Shown here in pieces: positions 24,974 to 35,221 of a stretch of 64,000 nucleotides of DNA. The DNA is from a virus. Its lineage: Duplodnaviria > Caudoviricetes. The translations under genes and the position numbers were made by a program. Numbering within the stretch: position 1 is the first letter of the stretch; each line of letters starts with the position of its first letter. Where the stretch lies: positions 1 to 64,000 of the IMG/VR virus record IMGVR_UViG_3300014205_000182. One strand, written 5' to 3'. The notes beneath the pieces are model-generated. The model was not told where the DNA came from, made no database searches, and saw nothing but the letters and a program-made list of their open reading frames with translations.

Positions 24974-25411
24974 TTAGTCCTCGGTGATTGCAGTCGCCGT
25001 CGTCAGCTGCGGCGTAACTCCGTTGCCACACACGATATTTGGCGTAACGGTGCCCTTGTAGAGCAACACGCCAGCACCAGACACTGCGGTACCGAGACCG
25101 AAGTGCGTTGCAGTGCCAGAGCCACCAGTTCCCGCAGGAAATGTGACAGCGGCAACCGGAGACACCGAGTTACCGGTGACCGTGAAGCCTGCGCCAGAGC
25201 GAGCGACAGCTACGCGAGCGTACGAGGTGTACGCGATCTCGCTGGTGGTCTGGTCGCCAGCTTCGCCCGGGTCAGCGGTGTGCAGCGAGAAGTACAGAGA
25301 GCCGGCAGTAGCCGAGTTCTGAAGCCCACCGGCGTCACCGATGTTGGCGATGTCGGTGTTGTTGAACACCAGGAGAAGGAGAGAGTTTTCGAAGCTGTTG
25401 GTCTTAGACAT
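24974..25411 (-). CDS. Phage tail-associated structural protein
   Basis: LYFSLHTADPGEAG..EIAYTSYARVAV..THFGL; AGGAG RBS. Confidence 0.75.
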   Translation of the reverse strand: MSKTNSFENSLLLLVFNNTDIANIGDAGGLQNSATAGSLYFSLHTADPGEAGDQTTSEIAYTSYARVAVARSGAGFTVTGNSVSPVAAVTFPAGTGGSGTATHFGLGTAVSGAGVLLYKGTVTPNIVCGNGVTPQLTTATAITED

Positions 25412-25528
25412 TTAGAGTACTCCTGGGAGGCAGGTGAAAGCTGGCATGTATGTTGCAGTATGTCAGTTTCTTGCGTCTCGTCAACCTCCACCCTAGACAC
25501 CCCTTGCAGTCTCTGGTAAGCTGGCTCG

Positions 25529-25771
25529 ATGACTAACAAAGCAGAAGCAAAAACCCTGTATCTTCCACAGTTTGTAACTCCTCCTGGCGGCGAGGACAGG
25601 GATGACTTGTCAACTGTACAATGTACTGACTTCACCCACGACCGTGCTGATGTGGTCGCAATTAACGTGATCGCGGCTATGAGTAAGATGGAAGTGAACG
25701 AACTTTCCTCAGACTTGATTACTCTGGCGTTTGCTTACATAAGCCTGCGAAACTCAACCACCTCTAAGTAA
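25529..25771 (+). CDS. Hypothetical protein (leaderless)
   Basis: TAGACA-17-TAAGCT-6-ATG. Confidence 0.5.
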   Translation: MTNKAEAKTLYLPQFVTPPGGEDRDDLSTVQCTDFTHDRADVVAINVIAAMSKMEVNELSSDLITLAFAYISLRNSTTSK

Positions 25772-26020
25772 CTCAGCGACCCTTCTCGCGATTTTCTCGA
25801 TGTCTTCTGGACTTAGTCCAGGGGTTACCGGGTTCGTGTCAGGTGTTGTGATTGTTATCCAAGGTGCTGTAGTTCCAGGGTTATGTACTGGGCAGTACGG
25901 TGGGACAACACCCCACCAAAATTGTGGGCACTGGCATGCCGGTTGAAGCTGCTGGTACCAGTCGTTAGGCCAGGTACTACACAAAGGGCACGGAATACTC
26001 GTACAACCGTGACAACTCAT
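25754..26020 (-). CDS. Hypothetical Cys/Pro-rich protein
   Basis: Coupled ORF. Confidence 0.55.
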   Translation of the reverse strand: MSCHGCTSIPCPLCSTWPNDWYQQLQPACQCPQFWWGVVPPYCPVHNPGTTAPWITITTPDTNPVTPGLSPEDIEKIARRVAELLRGG

Positions 26021-26232
26021 CGCGCCGCCAGTAGAAGCTCGATGGCTTCTTCAGTAAATCCTAGGTTATCAATCAGTTTCATTAGTTCACTCTTTATACG
26101 GTTGACTTCAAGGGTCAGAGGTTGTACCTTGGCAGCCTCTTCCTCAGCATTAGCTAGCTTTTTCTTGGCAACAGCCAGAGAATCTACGGTGGAGTGAAGT
26201 GAGGCACGAAGGACAGGATCAGTGAAATTCAC
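26017..26232 (-). CDS. Hypothetical coiled-coil protein
   Basis: Coupled ORF. Confidence 0.55.
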   Translation of the reverse strand: MNFTDPVLRASLHSTVDSLAVAKKKLANAEEEAAKVQPLTLEVNRIKSELMKLIDNLGFTEEAIELLLAAR

Positions 26233-26486
26233 TCCTCTAGCTTAGCTGTTTTACGCATGCCTAGCAACGTCCCGAACCCGAGCCCAAGCATTTCAAACGG
26301 TAGTAACCACAGCGAAACTTTTACTGCGACGACGAACGCGACGGTGGCTGCACTCCACTGGAGCATTGACCACATTGCTGCGGTCCAGGCCTTGTTCTCC
26401 TGAACACTGCGAACGTAACGTGTGTGACAGAAGTCCAGGCAGGTTGCGGCTGTGAACACGAGGATTCCCAGAAGAACAGTCATCAT
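26229..26486 (-). CDS. Small membrane protein
   Basis: Three hydrophobic segments. Confidence 0.65.
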   Translation of the reverse strand: MMTVLLGILVFTAATCLDFCHTRYVRSVQENKAWTAAMWSMLQWSAATVAFVVAVKVSLWLLPFEMLGLGFGTLLGMRKTAKLEE

Positions 26487-26665
26487 GTCTTTTTCTTCTT
26501 TCTCGGCGTCTGCGCTGCGTCATGGCACTTCTCGCAGTCGACTTTCTCGAATGACACTTTCCACCCAGAGCAAACCTTGCCACACTGCGTGCGGGTCGGA
26601 CTCGTCAACGACGTCATATGCACGAGTCCGCCACTTTTGGGTGTTACAGGGGTCCAGTTCGCCAT
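26483..26665 (-). CDS. Small Zn-ribbon protein
   Basis: CGKVC..VDCEKC. Confidence 0.55.
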   Translation of the reverse strand: MANWTPVTPKSGGLVHMTSLTSPTRTQCGKVCSGWKVSFEKVDCEKCHDAAQTPRKKKKT

Positions 26666-26794
26666 CCCTAAAGGTACGGTCGTTAGGATTCCTCAGCAAC
26701 TAAGCTAAGTTAGCTTGTCATTACAGGCTCGTACGATTGACGATTATTACCGGTTCAGGCTTGACAAGGGACGGACGGTGGTTACCTTGACACC

Positions 26795-27202
26795 GTGAAC
26801 TCCTACAAAGGCCGTAAGTTGAACCTCCACGAACGCGTTGAGGTTTATCGCAACCTGAACATGTCTGGTGCAGGTGCCTGGTATTCGGTGCGCCAGGGCG
26901 GTTACGTTGTAGGGCACACGTGTGATATCACGTTGATGGACGCTAAGTTTGTCGTGCGCAAAGGTGGGCGAGACCGTGTCCTGAAGACAGGTCGAAAGAA
27001 CGTTCATGCGTGGGTAAGTGGTCTGGTGTGTCCGCGTGCCTACGATGAAGAAGGCCAAGGTGTAAAGGTGATGTACCGACCTCAGACCGGAGACAGCTTC
27101 TACACACACTACGCCGGTGATATTACGGTGTCTCTTCGTACTGCATTTCTGGTCTCACTAAGAATAGACGGTGTTACTGCTTGGCGAGTTAATGAATCAT
27201 GA
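26795..27202 (+). CDS. Phage hypothetical protein
   Basis: VYRNL..WYSVR..GR.RVLK..RKNVHAW; leaderless promoter. Confidence 0.7.
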   Translation: MNSYKGRKLNLHERVEVYRNLNMSGAGAWYSVRQGGYVVGHTCDITLMDAKFVVRKGGRDRVLKTGRKNVHAWVSGLVCPRAYDEEGQGVKVMYRPQTGDSFYTHYAGDITVSLRTAFLVSLRIDGVTAWRVNES

Positions 27203-29791
27203 AAACTCGAATTCCCATCAAGAAGTACGTGGACGACCCGTCACTTTCGTGGGAGGATCGTTACCGTAAGCTTGAGGCACACCACAAAGAAGAAACTGAG
27301 TTTTTGATTGGTCGGATCGAAGAACTTGAATACGAAGTCGACAACCTAGAAGGGATCGCCAGTGGTCCCGGATATCAGTGGTAATCATGAATTGGTCAGA
27401 AGACGGTACGGCACGAGCCGGCCACCTAAAGTTTCGAGTCTGGGATAACGTGCGTAGCTACTGGGAGGTCTCATGTGGTGCGCACGTACTTGGTACGGGT
27501 GTGAGCAAGGATTTGGCTATGGCTAAATTTGACGCAAGCGCTCATGCTTACGCTCTTTTGAAGGTTGTAGAAGAGGAGTTGTTGTGAATGATAACGAAGG
27601 CATAATTGTTGCTACGGTAGCCGGATTTTTTCTGGCAGTGTTCTTGATTATCGCAGCGCTAACGCGCAAGGAGCCTTGCACGGGCTACGGAGGTCACTGG
27701 GAGGATCAGAACTGCCAGACACATCGCCACTTTGTCTGTCGTCCCTCGATTCAGAAGGCCGAGTTGGCGTGCAACTTCGAGAAGCGCACGCGATGCGACA
27801 AGGTTTGCGTGGGTGCCAGTGAGTAAACATCGTCACCGGTACTCTCCTGCTCGCCGAGAGGAGGCAGCCTGGATTCTAGACATCTGCGCCTCGTCACGTC
27901 GAGACCGCTACGAATGGGAGTGGGAGTCCAAGCTATGGGACGGGCCAGATGGTCGTCTGGTAAACACACGTGACGTATCGCTGGCGCTCGATGTCCACTG
28001 GCGTTCTGTATCGCTAGCGGATAGTGCGTTTTACGCCACGTTTACAGACGGTGTTGGTAATAGCCCGTTTCATTATGAATCGACATATCTGGAGGCAGCG
28101 CAGCGCCTGCGTGAAGGTTGGCAGTTGACAGGAGACAAATACTGCCCATTATGGAAGTATGAGTAACGTCATCATCCCAAAAGCCCAGGCTGGGGGGCTA
28201 CTGACTCGCGACGAGTTTTACACGTGGGAGGGGCTGGGCGGGAAGCTTACGGATCCTACACCTTGGCGGACCACATGACAGTTTTCGTCATTCATATGGA
28301 GATCTGGAAAGAGTACGAGGCGAGGTACACCGACGGCTCCACCAAGATGATTACTTACGAAGTATCCGTGGTCGGAGACGTCTACTCCACCCGTAAGGCC
28401 GCTGAAGACGCGCTGCTTGCTGACGGGTTCGGACACGCCTCGATCGCGTGGTTTGATTGTGACTATGAGCGTAAGGCACGTGTCAAGGAACCCTTCAAGT
28501 GGGACGAGGCGGATATTGTGGAGAGGGAGATCAAGTGACCACGCGCTGGTACAGAGGCGACGAGACCGAGGGTTGGCAACCGTTCCCGGGGTACAAGCAC
28601 ATCTACGTCGACAAGGACGGCTTGCTTTATTTCTGGGACGAGACCGAATCTGAGGCATTTGGACCTTTCCAAACGCTCGTGGAGTGCTCACTATCTATGG
28701 GCCGATACGCGAGTTCGTTGTGAGCTACCAAGCCTACAGCGCAGCATTCAAAGCCTGGATTGCTGCTCAGCGTGAAGCAGACAAAATCTTGACCAGGGAC
28801 CACCCGTGCCTAGACTCAAATTGCTGTTACCGCAATCCACCGTGTGAGAACTGTGAATTCGTTACGAAAACGGTTAGGTTGTGTGTCGGTCCTGCACCCG
28901 ATCACCGAGATTATGGTCTGGTGCTATTGCACATGCGACCACTCGTGCCTAAGTTGGTACCTGAGTACTTCCACCTAACTCTAGAACTACTTCAATCATG
29001 GGAAGAATATGAAGCGATCCATCGATAAAGCCCTAGAACAAGCGGCGCATCTTTATGTGGATGCGGCCGACAGTTGTCTTCCAGACAAGCCGTACCAAAA
29101 TCGGGTAAAGAACATCGCACGCTTCCGCCTTCAGAAGGAGGCGCTTGAGTTTGCGGCAGACTTCATGGAGCAGTGGACTCAGAACCTCCTGGACGGCGGC
29201 GACCGCAAGCGAGCGTGCGCTGCGGGTGTTGCCCAGCTGAGGGAGTCTGTGCTTGACATTGAGCGGGTTATCAAGGAAATTGAGGCGCGAAATGTTTGAC
29301 ACCCCGTACGAAAGCTGGTGCGCGAACGTGGCTTTTCTGATGCAGAAGTCTCCGAAAGCTGCTGTACGTGGTAGTGAGGAGCATGCGGTTCACTATCTAG
29401 AACGCATATTCGGAAACTACATGCTTACCCGTACCTTCCTAGAGACTGACACCACCCCAGAAGAGTTCGTCAAAGAGTTAGGGTACGGCACATGAAGATC
29501 GCCGTAGACGTCTGCATAGGTCGTGACGGTGCCAAGCTCCTGCGCTACTTCGGCCACGAAGTGATCGAGGCTGAGCACGCCGAGAGTGACCGTGATTGGT
29601 TTGCTCGTGCGATTACTGCCGGTGCGGAGTACTTCATATCTGCCGACGCTGACATTGAGATCCTGGCGTACGATGCTAACGTGCGCTTCTTCCGTGCCAA
29701 ACAAGGTGTAAGTGGATTAGTTACCGCGCAGCGGTTTCTTTCCAGAGACAAAAGGCGCGAGAAGCTTGACAGGCGCACCAAGGCTGATTAG
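27199..29791 (+). other. Run of about 11 small translationally coupled hypothetical genes
   Basis: ATGA/GTGA overlaps (e.g. 27199, 27584, 28535, 29009, 29492); the last gene resembles a PIN-like fold. Confidence 0.6.
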
Positions 29792-29803
29792 ATTGCAGGT
29801 ACC

Positions 29804-30289
29804 TTGAAGACCAGACTGAATCATCAAATCAACGCTCCTGAAGTTCGCATCACCGAAGGCCCTGCCACAGGTGTCATGACACACGGTGCTGCAATGCTAC
29901 TAGCCACCGAACACGGGATGGATCTCATTGAGATTGCACCGGGTGCTAAGCCGCCGGTCTGCATCATCCAAGAGCTAGGTAAGTGGAAGTACGACCAGGC
30001 AAAACGCGAGAAGGCGCAGAAGCAGACGGTCGTCGAGACCAAGCAGATTCAAATCCGCCCTGTCACGGAGCAGCACGACCTTGATTTCAAGACGCGCCAG
30101 GCTAAAGAGTTCCTCGAAGCCGGTCATCGGGTTCGCATTGTAGTGAAGTTCCACGGGCGCGAGCTTGCTCACCCGGACGAAGGTAACCAAGCTCTCGACA
30201 GACTGATCGAAGCATTGGACTGCAAGGTCGACTCACGTACGGGCCTTGAGGGTAAGCAGATTATTGCGAATGTGAGTAAGAAATCGTGA
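29804..30289 (+). CDS. infC: Translation initiation factor IF-3
   Basis: NHQINAPEVR, GMDLIEIAPGAKPPVC, HDLDFK..AKEFLEAGHRV..FHGRE. Confidence 0.92.
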   Translation: MKTRLNHQINAPEVRITEGPATGVMTHGAAMLLATEHGMDLIEIAPGAKPPVCIIQELGKWKYDQAKREKAQKQTVVETKQIQIRPVTEQHDLDFKTRQAKEFLEAGHRVRIVVKFHGRELAHPDEGNQALDRLIEALDCKVDSRTGLEGKQIIANVSKKS

Positions 30290-30416
30290 CCGTCTACGTG
30301 GTTGGGGTGTGGTCTGGTAGCGAGTATGGCATTCAAGGTGTGTACAAAACAAAGGAGCGAATGCTTAAAGACTGGTCTGGCAAGGGTAACTGGACTTACT
30401 GGCGAAGGAAGCTCAA

Positions 30417-30668
30417 ATGAGTAACAACGGACCTGTGGATCCTTACCGCACACCCGGACGTGTAGCTGATCTAGCAGATCCGGAACCGGAATATGAACGC
30501 TGCACGTTGTGTGACGGTACGGCGCTAGTGTTTGTGGGCTATGAGTTCGCGTGGGCACAAATTGATTGCACGTGCCACAAAGGAGTTACTTGGGATTCCT
30601 ACATTGAAGTTGAACGCTGGATCTATCGAGATAGGAAAGTGCCGTGGAAATCACATTCACAAAAGTAA
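30417..30668 (+). CDS. Hypothetical protein
   Basis: GAAGG RBS; CxxCxG. Confidence 0.5.
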   Translation: MSNNGPVDPYRTPGRVADLADPEPEYERCTLCDGTALVFVGYEFAWAQIDCTCHKGVTWDSYIEVERWIYRDRKVPWKSHSQK

Positions 30669-31132
30669 AGCTACCTTGGGGCTGGCTCTCTAACATGAGC
30701 CCACACCCAATCGACATCCTAGGTACGGTCTGGCCAACGGCAGAGCATCTGTTCCAAGCACTCCGCTTCGACGTTCATTCTCCGATTCGTGAGGAGATCC
30801 GAGCGCAGAAGTCGCCCATGACTGCGAAGATGGTTGCGAAGCGTTACGTAGATCAAATGACCAAGGTACCTCGCAGCCGGGAGGATCTAGACTCGATGCG
30901 TCTTGTTCTCCTACTTAAGGTGGAGGAACACCCGGACCTCAAGACCAAACTACTTGGGACCGGAGACGCCGTTATCATCGAGAACGTCACTGCGCGTCCG
31001 AATGAGTCTGGGCTCTTCTGGGGTGCGGCTCGTAATCCAGACGGTACCTGGCGCGGTAACAACGCGCTGGGCAAAGAGTGGATGACGGTTCGTTGGACGC
31101 TTAGGCTACCGCGCCCCGTGGAGTCACCGTGA
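30644..31132 (+). CDS. NADAR (YbiA/DUF1768) family protein
   Basis: LSNM..HPI..WPTAEHLFQA, LLGTGDA.IIE, FWG..GNNALGK.WM. Confidence 0.9.
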   Translation: MEITFTKVKLPWGWLSNMSPHPIDILGTVWPTAEHLFQALRFDVHSPIREEIRAQKSPMTAKMVAKRYVDQMTKVPRSREDLDSMRLVLLLKVEEHPDLKTKLLGTGDAVIIENVTARPNESGLFWGAARNPDGTWRGNNALGKEWMTVRWTLRLPRPVESP

Positions 31133-31437
31133 CACGTGACGAAGCGATCACCTGGCTCCAAGCAAACGGTTGGCCTAACGCAAGCGCTCATTTCTGGAAC
31201 AGTAAGAAAGGGCACACCATCTGTTTACCGATGGGGTCTAAAGAAGACCTGGACAACGGCATCAGTCTATACGCCGGTATGTTGTTCATCACCCTGCATG
31301 AGGGTAAATGGTTGGTCGAGGATCATCACATGATGAGCCGATCGTTCTCGACTCTAGAAGAGGCGTGTCGTGAAACGCTGATTCTGGCGAAGTACCTAAT
31401 GCCCTGGATCAGGCTACCGCGCCCCGTTGCAGAGTAA
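31129..31437 (+). CDS. Hypothetical protein
   Basis: Coupled ORF flanked by 17-bp direct repeats. Confidence 0.55.
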   Translation: MTRDEAITWLQANGWPNASAHFWNSKKGHTICLPMGSKEDLDNGISLYAGMLFITLHEGKWLVEDHHMMSRSFSTLEEACRETLILAKYLMPWIRLPRPVAE

Positions 31438-31612
31438 CGGGCACACACGTGCAGAGCGTATAGCTGCCGTGCGAGGCGCAGTCTCTGTCATGCAGCACCA
31501 GCGCCTCGTCCGGACCGCTAGTTAAAAACCACTGCTCTATGAAATCCTCATACTCTTGATCTTCTTCATCAAGCTCGGGCTCAGGCGCGGGTTCATGAAG
31601 AGAACCACTCAC
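31409..31612 (-). CDS. Small acidic protein
   Basis: Coupled to the portal stop; HDxxC..CTC. Confidence 0.5.
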   Translation of the reverse strand: MSGSLHEPAPEPELDEEDQEYEDFIEQWFLTSGPDEALVLHDRDCASHGSYTLCTCVPVTLQRGAVA

Positions 31613-33372
31613 TGCTGACCCTCAGCGCACAGCATGCATTCTTTGCAGTGATCACAAAGTGGATCATCTGTTTCTGGATGCTCACCGTTGCAGTGATCCT
31701 CTGGTGTTTCTAATTCGTCAGCCTTACCGGCCGTGTCGCCGCCTGCTGTGGTGTCAGAACCGGCCATGCTCGTGTGACGAGGGTTACGACGTGAGTAACC
31801 GCCGACGCCGTGTGCTCCTGCACCGCCGCCTGACGTCCCGCCTCCGGGCTTACCCTTGCCGCCAGGCTCTGGGGGAAGAACCCCTGGCGGAAGCCCCGTC
31901 TTCGGATCCATGCCGTCCACGAGCACACCAAGCGGTGGCAGTGCCATGAAGCCCGGCGACTTGTAGCCTGGCGACAGGCTCGTGTCGAACGAGTATTCGC
32001 CACCGAAGCGAAGCTTAGCGACGGTGTCCGTGTCGAGCACGCCGTGCTTGATGTAGATTGCATCTACGCGTGCCTGCGCGAGACGAGCGTTCGCCTTCTG
32101 CTCGTCGGTCAGCTGCCAGAGTGGATGCCACTTAACGCCCCACTTCTTCGGGATCTTGCGCTGGCGTAGGCCACGCATGATCATCTCAGCAAACAACCGA
32201 ATGATAGGCCCGATTTCATCTCTCTGTAGAGACGACAACTTATCGTAGTAATAGCGAAGATCGTCTCCCATTTCGGAAGCATCGCTCTTGGCACCGCCGC
32301 CCATCAACACACTTAGAGGAGTGTCAATAGTTGCAGCGAAGCGACGAGACAGTTGGTTTAGAAGGTCCGGAAGACCGGCAACGTTCACCGACTGACGTTC
32401 AAACTTCTCGTTATTGTCAATCAGGATTGCGCGGGCGACAGACCGTCCGAGGTTCATCGCACGCATCTTCGCGTTGAGCTTGTCTTCCTCGCGCATCACG
32501 AGGTGGTTCAGCCCCTCGATGGAGAAGACGGCCTGTGAGAAGTCAGTGACGATTAGACCGGCTGCCGACCACGCGATGTTGAAGTCACGAAGGATTTCAT
32601 AGATCTGTGTGTAGATCGAGAGACCCCAGTACGCTCCACAGTCATTGTGGGTTTGTGAGTACTTAGAGATCGAACCGTCGTTGAAGATAACCAGACGCGA
32701 TTCGTGGATTAGTACGTCTTTAGCTTGTGGCTTTGTGGCAGCAGTTTTTACCGAGTGGCCCTGTAGGAAACCGTTTGTGTAGCGCTGAAGCTGCCAGAGC
32801 TTTACTTCACCAAACTTAGGCTCTAGCTCGTTCTCGTAGAACGTGTGCGGGGTTAGATCCATTGGCTCCAGGTTTGTGAGGAACTCAATGTTGCTGACCT
32901 TACTACGGTCGAGCGGGCGATCCATTGTCTTGTTGTCTCGGACGCCAATTAGAATCGCGGCTCCTCCGAGTGCTCGCTTCTGAGCCATCGCCTTCTTGAT
33001 GACCTTGTCGACCTCTAACTCACGAAGACGGTTCTCAATCTCTTCCTTGAGATCCTCAAACTGCCCCTCGTCGGCGATGCTGATTTCGTACCCCTGACGG
33101 AAGGCGTCTTCAACCGGGCCACGGGCTGCTCGCTTGCCTAGATCATCACTTTCGTAAATCTCTGTACACTGCGTGTAACTTAGGTGAATAGGCGTGAAGT
33201 CGTGCGTGACACGCTTGTCGTGTAACGCCTGGCCGATTCCGGTGATTGCGGAACCCCAGCCGTCTAGCCTACTATCCTGCCGTGTGTTCGACTTAGGCCG
33301 ACCGCGCTTATTCCCGCTAACCCCCTTAGGAAAAGTACCCTTGGGTGTGCGAGGAGGTTCCTGATTGCTCAT
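31609..33372 (-). CDS. Portal protein (DUF1073/HI1409 family)
   Basis: GGAAIL, IHESRLVIF, WGLS, TPLSVLMG, DLRYYYD, W.PLWQ.TD.QKA. Confidence 0.88.
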   Translation of the reverse strand: MSNQEPPRTPKGTFPKGVSGNKRGRPKSNTRQDSRLDGWGSAITGIGQALHDKRVTHDFTPIHLSYTQCTEIYESDDLGKRAARGPVEDAFRQGYEISIADEGQFEDLKEEIENRLRELEVDKVIKKAMAQKRALGGAAILIGVRDNKTMDRPLDRSKVSNIEFLTNLEPMDLTPHTFYENELEPKFGEVKLWQLQRYTNGFLQGHSVKTAATKPQAKDVLIHESRLVIFNDGSISKYSQTHNDCGAYWGLSIYTQIYEILRDFNIAWSAAGLIVTDFSQAVFSIEGLNHLVMREEDKLNAKMRAMNLGRSVARAILIDNNEKFERQSVNVAGLPDLLNQLSRRFAATIDTPLSVLMGGGAKSDASEMGDDLRYYYDKLSSLQRDEIGPIIRLFAEMIMRGLRQRKIPKKWGVKWHPLWQLTDEQKANARLAQARVDAIYIKHGVLDTDTVAKLRFGGEYSFDTSLSPGYKSPGFMALPPLGVLVDGMDPKTGLPPGVLPPEPGGKGKPGGGTSGGGAGAHGVGGYSRRNPRHTSMAGSDTTAGGDTAGKADELETPEDHCNGEHPETDDPLCDHCKECMLCAEGQQ

Positions 33373-33461
33373 GCACAGAGTGTGCCATGTAACCTGATCT
33401 TTGGCAGAACAGGGCCTGTTATCAGGGAGTCTCAGGGCGTCGGCCGTAGTTATCCAAGTAC

Positions 33462-33741
33462 AATGAGAGTACTAGGTAAAAACGTATTAATCCAACAGGA
33501 TGCAGCTATAAACATGTCAGCTGGAGGGCTGCATTTGATTCAAGGGAAAGAGGAATATCCAAACTTCGGGACGGTCCTTGAAATCGGTAAGGAAGTCAAG
33601 TGTGTGCAGGTAGGCGACCGCGTCGTCTTCCAGCGCAAGCCGGGTTCCGCCATCTCTCCGGAAGCACGCTCTGGTGATGAGTACTTCGGTCTTCTAGTGC
33701 TGCCCGACGAGCACATTCTGGCGGTGGTCGATGAAGGCTAA
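33462..33741 (+). CDS. groES: GroES-like co-chaperonin
   Basis: MRVLGKNVLI..SAGGLHL..GTVLEIG..VQVGDRV..ILAVV. Confidence 0.85.
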
Positions 33742-34424
33742 GGTATCGGAACTAATCCAAGAAGCGAAGAAGCGTTCGTATGAGCAGGCGATGATTCGCC
33801 ACGGACGTGAGCCCACTGTCCACGAGGTGGAGTCAGTGTTCTTCAACGCTCAACTAGCGATGATTGCTGCCCTACTATGTGAAGACGACGACATGCTAGG
33901 TGACTACTGGGCCGGGGTTATCACGGTGATTCGCGGCGGTGAGCAGTCGGAGGCGTCGTGACGGGCGAAGAGCTTTATCGGCTAATCAAGCTGTCTTACG
34001 ACCACGTAGGCAAATACGGTCGGGAAGGCGCCCGCATTTATCGTGCGGTCGTCGAACTAGACGGACTTTTTCGCATGTGGAAGAAGCGTGCAGAGGATCT
34101 AGGTTACCGAGAGCCTGAAGACGAAAAGCCTGCTGTAGAGTAGACTTATGTGTGAAACCTGGTAACGGTCGCAAAGCTCAGGCTCCGTGTGGTCACCCCG
34201 GAGAAGTGGTTGTCGGTACGTTCGTAGCATGCCTCAGGGGCTGCGAGACTTCGGCTGAAGAGGCTCCATCAATCGAGCACTGCCCTTCTTGTTGGGACGA
34301 TGATGTTGATCAGGACTACGAGCTTGACCCGATCTACTTGATGTGGAACCCTGGTGCCACACGTTTCAATCGACGTTGCTGGGAGTGTGGGCATCTGTGG
34401 GTCTACTTAGGCCTTGGCCGGTAG
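33731..34424 (+). other. Three small hypothetical genes
   Basis: ORFs 33731-33961, 33958-34143 and 34152-34424. Confidence 0.55.
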
Positions 34425-35069
34425 GCGCGACACGACGGCCTTCGGGTCGACGGTGAACCACTTGGCTCTACGAGCCGTACCTCGGTTCAGCAGCTGCATA
34501 TCGGAGCGCTGAAGAGCAATCAGAGCGCCACTCACGCGACTCAGACGTGCTCCCGTAAAGTGCATCAACTCCTGAGTTGTCATCGGGCGCTCCGCGATTA
34601 GGCGCCTAATCTCGGCATTGAGGTCCTTGGTGCTCGCGTGATCCCCGATTCGGGCGGTCCACTGCGGGAAGTCTTCGGACCCGACATTGACAACACGCTG
34701 ATCAGAGCGCAGAGTGCGAATGGCTTCGGTGACCTTGTTCACCGATAGCCCGGTAGCTTTCGCAATGTGCATGATGTTCATCGACACCCCTTTCAGGGCT
34801 GCTTCCACTTGCTCCTTGGGCTGCCTGGGGGCGCGTGCCTGACGTGGCTGACGTGCCGTCTTGGCTTGCTCGGTGTGGTCTCCGGTACCACGAGCAATCT
34901 GAAGCTTCTCGATTAGCTCCAGGGCCTGTGCTTCAAGCTCCTTGGCCTGCTCCTGCACGATGTGAAGGTTCGCTTGAATCAACTCTACACTCTTCTCGGT
35001 CTGCATTTCCACGGTCGTCTCCTGGGTAAGGGTTGCGGTTTCAGTGATTTCATTGTCTGGATTCAGCAT
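34407..35069 (-). CDS. Tandem winged-HTH-like DNA-binding protein
   Basis: IAKATGLSVNKV and MTTQELM.FTGA.LSRVSGAL; sigma54-like box TGGCACCGCATCTGCA 12 nt upstream. Confidence 0.6.
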   Translation of the reverse strand: MLNPDNEITETATLTQETTVEMQTEKSVELIQANLHIVQEQAKELEAQALELIEKLQIARGTGDHTEQAKTARQPRQARAPRQPKEQVEAALKGVSMNIMHIAKATGLSVNKVTEAIRTLRSDQRVVNVGSEDFPQWTARIGDHASTKDLNAEIRRLIAERPMTTQELMHFTGARLSRVSGALIALQRSDMQLLNRGTARRAKWFTVDPKAVVSRLPAKA

Positions 35070-35221
35070 GACTTCTCTCTGTGCAGATGCGGTGCCATGT
35101 TGCGTCTGTGTGGGTTCAGGGGGTTAGGCGCACCGGGGTGTGCGCCGTGTTCAAATCTTGTTGCGCAGTGCGTCTTGGGCGCACCTCTTGACGAGCAATC
35201 AAACGTGCTTATTGTAGTTGC

